Shown here: positions 56,604 to 64,000 of the stretch, piece after piece
Position numbering within the stretch: the first letter of the stretch is position 1
How the letters are laid out: each line of letters starts with the position of its first letter
NCBI GenBank assembly: GCA_024654445.1
Contig: JANLHP010000026.1
Coordinates: 16,733 to 80,732 of the forward strand
Direction of reading: 5' to 3'
From: Candidatus Curtissbacteria bacterium
Lineage (GTDB): Bacteria; Patescibacteriota; Microgenomatia; Curtissbacterales; GWA2-41-24
Length of the DNA: 64,000 nucleotides
Made by a program: the position numbers and the translations under genes
Notes under the pieces: generated by a model
What the model was told of the DNA's origin: nothing
The model's database searches: none
The model's input: only the letters and a program-made list of their open reading frames with translations

Positions 56604-57360
56604 CAACGTACTCTGGAACCCTATTAAAAAACCTCACATTATCGTAGTTATGCCCGCGTATAACGCAGAAAAGACTGTTAAGAAAACTTACGAGGACTTG
56701 CCTAAAGATTTAATTAGCGAAGTTATACTTGTAGACGATGCGTCTGGCGACAAAACGGTTGAAAAAGCAAAGGATCTTGGGATAACGGTTTACACCCACA
56801 ACAAAAATAAGGGCTACGGCGGCAACCAAAAAACATGCTACGACGAAGCACTAAAGCGAAATCCCGACGTGATAGTTATGGTTCACCCCGATTACCAGTA
56901 CGACGCAAAGCTTGTTGGAGTAATGTGCGAACCAATTGTTAACGGCAGAACAGACATTATGCTCGGTTCTCGAATTCAAACAAGAAGGCAGGTACTCGCG
57001 GGTGGCATGCCTTTGTGGAAATATTTTGCAAATAGGTTCCTAACTCTAGTTGAAAACTTAGCTATGGGTCTCAATCTATCCGAATATCACACCGGATTCA
57101 GAGCTTTTTCAAGTGACGTTCTAAGAACAATTCCTTATCCCAAATTTTCCGATGATTTTGTTTTTGACCAACAAATACTGATATCCGCACTCTCATACGG
57201 ATATAACATTTCTGATATTCCTGTCCCATGTAAGTATTTTCCGGAAGCATCATCAATCAACTTCAAAAGGTCGAGCCAGTACGGAATACTAACTCTATGG
57301 ACAGTCTTCAGCTATCTTATGCATCAAGCAGGTTTGGTCAAGTTCAAAATATTTAAGTAG
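56593..57360 (+). CDS. polyprenol-phosphate sugar synthase-like GT2 (Dpm1/GtrB/CsbB-like)
   Basis: HIIVVMPAYNAEKTVKKTYEDLP...VDDASGDKT...VHPDYQYDAKL. The ORF-track start at 56593 is a TTG and needs confirmation. Confidence 0.6.
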   Translation: MKDNNVLWNPIKKPHIIVVMPAYNAEKTVKKTYEDLPKDLISEVILVDDASGDKTVEKAKDLGITVYTHNKNKGYGGNQKTCYDEALKRNPDVIVMVHPDYQYDAKLVGVMCEPIVNGRTDIMLGSRIQTRRQVLAGGMPLWKYFANRFLTLVENLAMGLNLSEYHTGFRAFSSDVLRTIPYPKFSDDFVFDQQILISALSYGYNISDIPVPCKYFPEASSINFKRSSQYGILTLWTVFSYLMHQAGLVKFKIFK

Positions 57361-57936
57361 CTAAGCGAATGTTCTGGCGGATAAAACTATAAGCAAAATC
57401 CCGATTGCGTGTAAAATGATTGACGCAAAGAAAAACCTAAAATGTTTAAATTTAACTCCGGCAAGCATCATTAACCCAAGTTCGTCGGGCAGGGGAGAGA
57501 TTAGTACAATCGCAGCAAGATATGGCACCAAACCAATAAACAGTTTAGAATGCAAAATCCTATGCGCAACCCTTTTTGCAGATTTTGGTTCAATCAGCTC
57601 CAAGTCATCAAGAACCTCTCCTTTTAGGAATCTGTAAATGACCCAATTACCCGCGGATGATCCTATGCCACCGAGCATTGCTACCATTAAAGGATTAGCG
57701 CCCTGTTGTGAAATGAGAATAAAAATAGATGTAGAAATGGCGACCGTAAATGTGAATGAAAAAAGAACCCCAGCAAAGATTACTACAAAGATAAGGAGGA
57801 CAGGGGATGGATAAGCCGTTAAAAATTGAGAAAAAGAGGAATTATGGATGTAGATTGCGATAATTATAGACAAACATAAAATAAAAAAATCCCGAATTAG
57901 TCTTCTCTTTTTAAATTTTAATTCTGTCTGCTGCAC
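57361..57936 (-). CDS. small polytopic membrane protein (DedA/YqaA VTT-domain-like?)
   Basis: 5-6 TM helices. Tail-to-tail against the upstream GT2 with no gap. Confidence 0.3.
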   Translation of the reverse strand: MQQTELKFKKRRLIRDFFILCLSIIIAIYIHNSSFSQFLTAYPSPVLLIFVVIFAGVLFSFTFTVAISTSIFILISQQGANPLMVAMLGGIGSSAGNWVIYRFLKGEVLDDLELIEPKSAKRVAHRILHSKLFIGLVPYLAAIVLISPLPDELGLMMLAGVKFKHFRFFFASIILHAIGILLIVLSARTFA

Positions 57937-57991
57937 AATTTAAATATAACAGAACAGAGAAGATATTTAATTGCCCGTGGTAAAATTAACT

Positions 57992-59065
57992 ATGAGTCAT
58001 AGGAACAACATTATCAAACTGCCTGGCCTGGCTGATCCTCACGTTCACTTCCGAGAACCCGGCGCAACACACAAAGAAGATTTCTCAACAGGAACGAAAG
58101 CAGCTATAGCAGGTGGTTACACTCAAGTTTTAGACATGCCGAACAACCAACCTCCAACTATAACTCCAACTACTCTCGAAAATAAAATTAAACTTGCAAA
58201 GGGAAAAATATGGTGCGACGTTGGTTTTAATTTTGGGGGAACAGCGTCGTCAGCCAAATATTTCAAAAAGGTTTACAAAAAGGTTTTTGGCGTCAAAGTT
58301 TACATGAACCACACAACAGGCCCACTTTTGATAGACAAACTTAAAGAAAGAGAAATTATCTTTAAATCTTGGACCAGCCCTCTTCCTGTAATGGTTCATG
58401 CGGAAGGAGAGACCGTGGAAGTAGCGATAAAACTTGCAAAAAAATATCAAAAAAATTTACACGTATGTCATGTTACGGCAGATCAATTACCGGCAATTGA
58501 AAAAGCCAAAAAAGAAGGCGTGGTAATTACTTCGGAAGTTACTCCTCACCATTTGTTCTTAAGCAAAAAAGACATGGCAAGACTTGGCCCATACGGCATG
58601 ATGAAACCCCCACTTCTTTCAAAAAGTGATCAGCAAAAATTATGGAAGAATATAGACAAAATAGACGTCATAGCGACAGATCACGCACCTCACACAAAAG
58701 AAGAAAAAGAAGACAAATCAAGCGCCAAATATGGAGTCCCAGGTCTTGAAACAACCTTGCCTTTGATGTTTGACGCAATTGCGCGAGGAATGACAACGAC
58801 AGAAAGATTAATCGAAATGATATCGACTAACCCAAGGAGAATATTTCATTTGCCACAACAACTTGACACTTTTGTACTTTTAGATTTTTCAAAAACGTTT
58901 AAAATTTCAAAAGACAAATTATTTACGAAATGTGCATGGACCCCATTTGAAGGGATGAGTGGAAGGGGAGAGGTAAAAAAAGTAGTCATGCGCGGGAAAA
59001 CTGTCTTTCAAGATGGGGGTTTTGTAGGAAGGCCAAGTGGAAAGGTTATATACCCCGAGCTTTAA
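57992..59065 (+). CDS. pyrC: dihydroorotase-like cyclic amidohydrolase
   Basis: LPGLADPHVHFREPG...DMPNN (DxHVHxREPG dihydroorotase signature), ATDHAPH. ATG at 57992; the ORF-track start at 57971 is a TTG. Confidence 0.7.
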   Translation: MSHRNNIIKLPGLADPHVHFREPGATHKEDFSTGTKAAIAGGYTQVLDMPNNQPPTITPTTLENKIKLAKGKIWCDVGFNFGGTASSAKYFKKVYKKVFGVKVYMNHTTGPLLIDKLKEREIIFKSWTSPLPVMVHAEGETVEVAIKLAKKYQKNLHVCHVTADQLPAIEKAKKEGVVITSEVTPHHLFLSKKDMARLGPYGMMKPPLLSKSDQQKLWKNIDKIDVIATDHAPHTKEEKEDKSSAKYGVPGLETTLPLMFDAIARGMTTTERLIEMISTNPRRIFHLPQQLDTFVLLDFSKTFKISKDKLFTKCAWTPFEGMSGRGEVKKVVMRGKTVFQDGGFVGRPSGKVIYPEL

Positions 59066-59424
59066 TTTTTTACAATACAAGCGTCGAACTTTTGTTTTTC
59101 TTCCGCAGTTAATACCTTCACGTCATTGTTCTCAAGTAACTTTTGAATCGATTCAGGACTTAGAGCGCCTTGTACGCATTCAATATTAACTTTTCCGATT
59201 CCAGGAAGTTCTGTTTCTGTTGGAGCTTGGACCTCCTGTCCAGACGCGGGAGATTGACTACCAAGTCCCGAAAAGGCACCACTTCTCAAACCTTGAAATA
59301 TAATAAACAACACAAAAACGCCAATTACAATCCAAATAATAAAGAAAATCGCGGCAAGCGATACCAACATCCTTCGCGAGAGATGCTGCACATTCTCTAT
59401 AAGACTGTCTTTCTTGCTAGCCAT
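59062..59424 (-). CDS. small membrane-anchored hypothetical protein
   Basis: One TM (LVSLAAIFFIIWIVIGVFVLFIIF) plus a ~80-aa soluble tail with 2 Cys. Confidence 0.3.
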   Translation of the reverse strand: MASKKDSLIENVQHLSRRMLVSLAAIFFIIWIVIGVFVLFIIFQGLRSGAFSGLGSQSPASGQEVQAPTETELPGIGKVNIECVQGALSPESIQKLLENNDVKVLTAEEKQKFDACIVKN

Positions 59425-59475
59425 GAGATTAGCTTAACTTGAAACTTATAAAAAGGCAAATGTTAAAATTATGAT

Positions 59476-60090
59476 ATGGCAAAAGACGACAAGCTTGCCA
59501 AGTATCGATCGATGAGGAGTAAGGACAAAACTCCTGAACCTTTTACATCCAAAACGGCAAACCCTGCCGCTTTATCATTCGTTATCCAAAAACATAAAGC
59601 GACAGCACTCCACTATGATTTTAGGCTAGAAGTAAATGGCGCGATGCCATCATGGGCAGTGCCGAAAGGCCCCTCGCTCGACAGCTCTGTCAAAAGACTC
59701 GCAATGCAAACAGAAGATCACCCGATCGACTATCAACATTTCGAAGGGGAAATTCCAGAAGGGCAATACGGAGTAGGGCAAGTAATAATTTGGGACAAGG
59801 GAACGTATATACCCGAAATGGATGTTAACGGCAAAAGAGTGCAAATAGACGACAAAAAGACGGGTGAAAAAATCATGGAAGAGGGAATTAAAAAAGGCGA
59901 AATAAAATTCTTCTTAAACGGAAAAAGGCTGAAGGGATCCTTCGCCCTAGTTAAGACAAAAGGATTTCCTCCTACGAAAAAAGATAACGCATGGTTACTT
60001 ATAAAACATAAGGATAAATACACTAAAGCTGGCTACGACGCCAAAAAATTCACGACCTCAGTCGTTTCAAACAGATCACTAAAACCTTAA
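59476..60090 (+). CDS. standalone LigD-type 3'-phosphoesterase (PE) domain protein
   Basis: FVIQKHKATALHYDFRLEVNGAMPSWAVPKGPSLDSSVKRLAMQTEDHPIDYQHFEGEIPEGQYG, the hallmark of the LigD PE domain. Confidence 0.7.
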   Translation: MAKDDKLAKYRSMRSKDKTPEPFTSKTANPAALSFVIQKHKATALHYDFRLEVNGAMPSWAVPKGPSLDSSVKRLAMQTEDHPIDYQHFEGEIPEGQYGVGQVIIWDKGTYIPEMDVNGKRVQIDDKKTGEKIMEEGIKKGEIKFFLNGKRLKGSFALVKTKGFPPTKKDNAWLLIKHKDKYTKAGYDAKKFTTSVVSNRSLKP

Positions 60091-60105
60091 AGGTCTAATA
60101 AACTT

Positions 60106-60127
60106 CCGAGAGCTGAAAAGCCCTCGG
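60106..60127 (-). terminator. stem-loop, inverted near-copy of the 32598 element, between convergent genes; candidate bidirectional terminator
   Basis: ataaacttccgagagctgaaaagccctcgg at 60097-60127 is the reverse complement of 32598-32626 with one substitution and one indel. Confidence 0.4.
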
Positions 60128-60186
60128 CATTGCCTTTCAAGTTTTAGGCCCGCAGCTCGAAAGAGCGAGGCCCGCAGGAAATTACT

Positions 60187-61956
60187 CTAGTGCAATTCAA
60201 ATTTTTCGAGTAATTTCCTATTTCCCTCTATTTGGTAATTCAATAAATCAGAATAAACTCCTGGTTTTTTAGCAAGTTCCTGAGGATTGCCTGAATCAAC
60301 AACTTTACCCTCATCGACAACAATTACCTTATCAACATTTTGAATAGTCGAAAATCTGTGGGCAATAATGATGACGAGTTTTCCTGCCATCAAATTTTCA
60401 AGTGCTACCTGAACCTCTCTTTCGCTTTTAGCATCAAGGCTGCTTGTGGCCTCGTCTAAAATTAAAATAGGAGAATTCTTAAGTATGGCTCTGGCGATTT
60501 GTATTCTTTGTTTTTGTCCTCCTGAAAGACGAACGCCTCTTTCTCCAACGAGTGTACCCAGACCTTGAGGGAGTTTTCTTACAAATTCCCACGCGTTTGC
60601 CTTCTTGAGGGCGGTTATAATTTGCTTCTCGGTGTGTCTCCTATCTCCATATGCAACATTTTCTCTTACGCTTGTGGAAAACAACTCGCTTTCTTGGAAT
60701 ACGAGAGAAACATTACTTCTGATGAAGTTATGAGAAAATTTTTTGTAAGGTTTACCTTTCAAGTAAATCTCACCGCTACCTGGTTCATAAAATTTTAAAA
60801 TTAAATTAGCGATTGTCGTTTTGCCGGTTCCACTTGGGCCAACGAGCGCAACCGCCTCATCCTTTCCGATCACAAACGACACATTTTTTAGAACGTCACC
60901 CGCCTCATCATATGCGAAGGAAACATTTTTGAATTCGATAGAAGCATCACGAATAATAGAAACTGCATCTCTCGAGTCGAAGTCTTCCGAAGAAGGTAGA
61001 TTTAGAATCTCGAAATATTCCTTAGACCCGCTCTCTGCAGTCTGTATCTGAGTAAGCATGAACGACATTGCAAAAAGAGGCCTCCTTGCCTGGGTAACAA
61101 GCTGAAGAATTAAAACCATCGTACCGATCGACATCGAACCAGAAAATGCGCTGTAAAAAACTACAAGGTTAATTGCGAGTAATATTATGTGCAACGAAAA
61201 ATTACGAGCAAAATCAAAAATATGAAAAGTCCGACTTTGCTTTGCATAAATTTTGTTAATGTCTCCAAGACTTTTTTCTAAAAATTTATATTCGGCTTTT
61301 TGACTATTAAAGCTCGTAACTAATTTAATATTAGAAACTACTTCTTGGATTCTGCCTCGAGTTATATCTTCGATTTTATTTTTCTTTATCTCTTCCAAAC
61401 CCCACTTTTTGGCACTCCAGTAGCTAAGAGTAAGGTATATAGGAAAAAGTAAGAAAGTAAAAATCGCAATTGGAATATTATAGTAAGCAAGCACCGCTAT
61501 CGTGAATATGCTCTGCAAAAGCATAGGCAACATAAAGTTAGTCGCTGCATTCACAAAATTTTGAATAGACGTAATCGCTCTATTTAACTGATGAACTATT
61601 TTGCCCGATATTTCACTATCAAAATAACTCTGGGGCAAAGCAAGTATTTTGTAGTAAAATTTTTCCGTTAAATATTTTCTCAGTCTACCGGCAAAATGAT
61701 CTCCAAGCCTTTCGCTAACAGAAGTAAGCAAAACGCCCATTAAATTTGCACCAAAGGCAACGGCAATTAAAAGTATCAATCTTTGTGTACTTGCGCCGTG
61801 TCCCTGAATCTTTGAAACAATCTCATCGACTATAAACTTTGAAAGTACAGGGGCAACGAGTTCAATTGCGGCAGTCAAAAGAATTAGTACCGCAAGGGGA
61901 AAAATTAGATGATAAAGGGGCCGCGAAATCTTTATTATGTTTGCTATGTTCTTCAT
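60187..61956 (-). CDS. ABC transporter, fused permease/ATPase exporter (MsbA-like)
   Basis: Six TM N-terminal domain. GPSGTGKTT (Walker A), LSGGQKQRIQIARA (signature), ILILDEATSSLD (Walker B). Confidence 0.85.
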   Translation of the reverse strand: MKNIANIIKISRPLYHLIFPLAVLILLTAAIELVAPVLSKFIVDEIVSKIQGHGASTQRLILLIAVAFGANLMGVLLTSVSERLGDHFAGRLRKYLTEKFYYKILALPQSYFDSEISGKIVHQLNRAITSIQNFVNAATNFMLPMLLQSIFTIAVLAYYNIPIAIFTFLLFPIYLTLSYWSAKKWGLEEIKKNKIEDITRGRIQEVVSNIKLVTSFNSQKAEYKFLEKSLGDINKIYAKQSRTFHIFDFARNFSLHIILLAINLVVFYSAFSGSMSIGTMVLILQLVTQARRPLFAMSFMLTQIQTAESGSKEYFEILNLPSSEDFDSRDAVSIIRDASIEFKNVSFAYDEAGDVLKNVSFVIGKDEAVALVGPSGTGKTTIANLILKFYEPGSGEIYLKGKPYKKFSHNFIRSNVSLVFQESELFSTSVRENVAYGDRRHTEKQIITALKKANAWEFVRKLPQGLGTLVGERGVRLSGGQKQRIQIARAILKNSPILILDEATSSLDAKSEREVQVALENLMAGKLVIIIAHRFSTIQNVDKVIVVDEGKVVDSGNPQELAKKPGVYSDLLNYQIEGNRKLLEKFELH

Positions 61957-61959
61957 GAT

Positions 61960-63342
61960 TTAAATGAGCGCCTTTAGTATTCTCCAGGTACGCTCAAGTT
62001 CCGTTTCACTTCGAACAATATAACTTTTTGAACTTAACAATTTAGAATTATTGAAAACAGCAAACTCGAGAGGAATACTCCCAGTATTTGTAGCTTTTAA
62101 CCACATACTAACATTTGTGTCTTCACCCGGAAATATTTCTTCTTTTTCAAAACTTATATCCCACATCCCTGCATCTTTCGAATTGGTTTCAAGTTTAAGG
62201 TCGGACGTATGCCAAATGTAATGCCCCTTATTTTTAAATGTAATCTTTACTCTTTTGCCCACATCGCGAACGACAAACTCTGGAATGTTCGACTTTATCT
62301 CTGATGCAAGATCTTCGCGTGCAGGGCTGCCGGCAATTTTATCTAGATTGGCAATGGTCGTGTATTGATCGAAATATTTTTTCCCAAGAACTTGTCCTTG
62401 TACTTTGAAAGAAAAGTCATAAAAAAGAGACTCGGGATAATTAAAAATAAAAGGTGTAACAGCTACAACTCGTTCGTCATTCCAAATATCACGAAAAGAG
62501 GCTTCAAAATAATCAGAAACGGTTTCTTCGGTTAACACTTCAGAACGCTTCCAACCTGTCTCTGTAATAAATACAGGCAAGTTTTTGCCATTTAAATAAG
62601 GAGAAAGAACAGAAAGCTCCCATTTGTATCCGTCTATTCCTGTACGGCCCGACTTAAGTGGGCTTGCGCTAAATTCCGGATTTGGGTAAGAGTGTGAAGC
62701 AAGCCCATCAAATTCCTTGAAGATCCCACCTTTATGCTCCTCCATTTGTGCAAAGTAAATATCTGCACTCATCGCACCTTCGCTGTTTTCCATAAGAGCA
62801 AGATCCAAAGGAGCGCCCAAAACAAAAAAGTCATCACTCCGTCTTTTAAGCTCGGAAATTGTTTTGGACAATTCGTCCGTATAACTTTTCGGGTCTACCT
62901 GCCCTCCCCACTCGGAGCCATGATTAACCTCGTTATAAACTTGCACGTATCTGATCTTTGTGGGCCAGGGAAGAGCGGACAAAAACTCAGCCCACTGTGC
63001 CGCGTCATCCTTTTCCGGTCTTTGCCACGAGCCTTGGTCAAACTTCGTTGCAATACGAACGATGGGTATTAAATGGTATTTCGACAGCTGGTGAAAAACT
63101 CCCCGCCACCTATCTATATCTCTTTCATTTTTAGTGACAAGTAGCAGCACGTAACCCCAATCGCCATTGCTGTTTACCATCGAAGCAGCTTCTTCTATTT
63201 CCGACTCCGGCGAAAGCAAGCCTATCCCTACCTTATTATTATGTACATTTATTGGATCATAAACGGCATAGACGTCAAAAGGCAGTATAAAAACAACCAA
63301 AAGTATTAAAAATATATATTTTAGTTTTAAAAAAAAGCTCAT
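61960..63342 (-). CDS. secreted putative clan GH-A glycoside hydrolase with C-terminal beta-sandwich domain
   Basis: N-terminal signal MSFFLKLKYIFLILLVVFILPFDVYA. YVQVYNEVNHG (NE acid/base-like) and PVFITETGW (TE nucleophile-like), spaced as in (beta/alpha)8 clan A hydrolases. Confidence 0.45.
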   Translation of the reverse strand: MSFFLKLKYIFLILLVVFILPFDVYAVYDPINVHNNKVGIGLLSPESEIEEAASMVNSNGDWGYVLLLVTKNERDIDRWRGVFHQLSKYHLIPIVRIATKFDQGSWQRPEKDDAAQWAEFLSALPWPTKIRYVQVYNEVNHGSEWGGQVDPKSYTDELSKTISELKRRSDDFFVLGAPLDLALMENSEGAMSADIYFAQMEEHKGGIFKEFDGLASHSYPNPEFSASPLKSGRTGIDGYKWELSVLSPYLNGKNLPVFITETGWKRSEVLTEETVSDYFEASFRDIWNDERVVAVTPFIFNYPESLFYDFSFKVQGQVLGKKYFDQYTTIANLDKIAGSPAREDLASEIKSNIPEFVVRDVGKRVKITFKNKGHYIWHTSDLKLETNSKDAGMWDISFEKEEIFPGEDTNVSMWLKATNTGSIPLEFAVFNNSKLLSSKSYIVRSETELERTWRILKALI

Positions 63343-63374
63343 AATATCTATCTTTGTGCTAGAATTTTTCTAGA

Positions 63375-64000
63375 GTGAAAATATTATACAACTCGACTTT
63401 CTTAGCGATCATTCTCCTAATCGCAATTTCTGCCCCCGCCTTAAAATCGCTCGCGCAAAACGGACTATATACTAGCCATGACGGAGAAACCCACACGGCT
63501 AGAATCGCACAGTACTACCTAGCACTGCAGGACTTCCAAATACCACCCCGAATCGCCCCAACATTATACAGTAGCCTCGGTAGCCCAATGTTTGTATACA
63601 TATACCCAGCGCCTTATTTTCTTGGTGCTGCAATTCATTCTCTCGGAATTTCCTATCAGCATTCATTTAAAATCTTGATGGCTTTTGGTTTTATTTTCTC
63701 AGGTGTTTTTTCTTATCTTTGGCTAAAAGAGATTTTCAAAAGCCAAAAAGCTGCGCTCGTTGGGGCAATCTTCTATATTTGGGCTCCTTACAGACTTTCT
63801 CTAATCTATGTAAGGGGTTCAATATCAGAACTGCTCGCATATACTTTCACGCCTCTCGTTTTTTATTCAGTTACAAAACTCTCGAAAAAACTGAACATAA
63901 AATGGACAGCGATAACTGCTCTTTCGACAGCTCTTTTGCTGCTGTCCCAAAATCTTGTTGCCATGATCATTCTTCCCGTTGTTGGAACATACATCCTCGC
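63375..64000 (+). CDS. 3'-partial large membrane protein, paralog family A (third copy)
   Basis: GTG start at 63375. VKILYNSTFLAIILLIAISAP...TSHDGETHTARIAQYYLALQDFQIPPRIAPTLYSSLGSPMFVYIYPAPYFLG...YRLSLIYVRGSISELLAYTFTPL aligns with the 37833 and 44051 proteins. Runs off the window end. Confidence 0.5.
   Translation, partial: MKILYNSTFLAIILLIAISAPALKSLAQNGLYTSHDGETHTARIAQYYLALQDFQIPPRIAPTLYSSLGSPMFVYIYPAPYFLGAAIHSLGISYQHSFKILMAFGFIFSGVFSYLWLKEIFKSQKAALVGAIFYIWAPYRLSLIYVRGSISELLAYTFTPLVFYSVTKLSKKLNIKWTAITALSTALLLLSQNLVAMIILPVVGTYIL

Noticed and set aside
1-64000. CRISPR arrays, transposases, integrases or phage genes
   Set aside because: No direct-repeat/spacer arrays and no recognisable transposase or integrase motifs in any ORF. 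The region is not obviously a mobile element, although 39590-41862 is compositionally atypical.

Overview
Low-GC (~36-38% by eye), standard-code bacterial window dominated by one enormous cell-surface glycan biosynthesis and glycosylation supercluster. It has >13 GT2 genes, 4 GT4 domains, about 11 large GT-C-like integral membrane proteins and 2 MOP/Wzx-type flippase modules. It carries complete nucleotide-sugar pathways for dTDP-L-rhamnose (rmlABCD), GDP-D-rhamnose (gmd+rmd) and UDP-glucuronate (ugd), plus an FdtA/DegT/acetyltransferase set consistent with a dTDP-3-acetamido-3,6-dideoxyhexose. Genes are packed head-to-tail with many ATGA/TAATG start-stop overlaps, forming an almost uninterrupted ~45 kb plus-strand run (1713-47196). 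Standout items: a 1548-aa GT2-GT2(QxxRW)-flippase-GT4 mega-fusion; a GT4::FdtA(WxcM-like) fusion; a kinase-like::polysaccharide-deacetylase fusion; five tandem paralogous GT2s; repeated polyprenol-P-sugar synthase (Dpm1/GtrB-like GT2) + GT-C pairs; a visibly GC-rich two-gene insertion (39590-41862); a GC-rich, tetraloop-hairpin-rich intergenic segment (22.8-23.15 kb) that looks like a structured ncRNA; and a ~30-nt hairpin element present twice in inverted orientation. Flanks hold a sortase next to a sorting-signal-bearing ORF end, pyrB and pyrC embedded in the island, a cyclophilin, a standalone LigD-type 3'-phosphoesterase, and an ABC exporter + secreted GH-A-like glycosidase operon. All calls come from motif reading of the translations. 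No database search was run.
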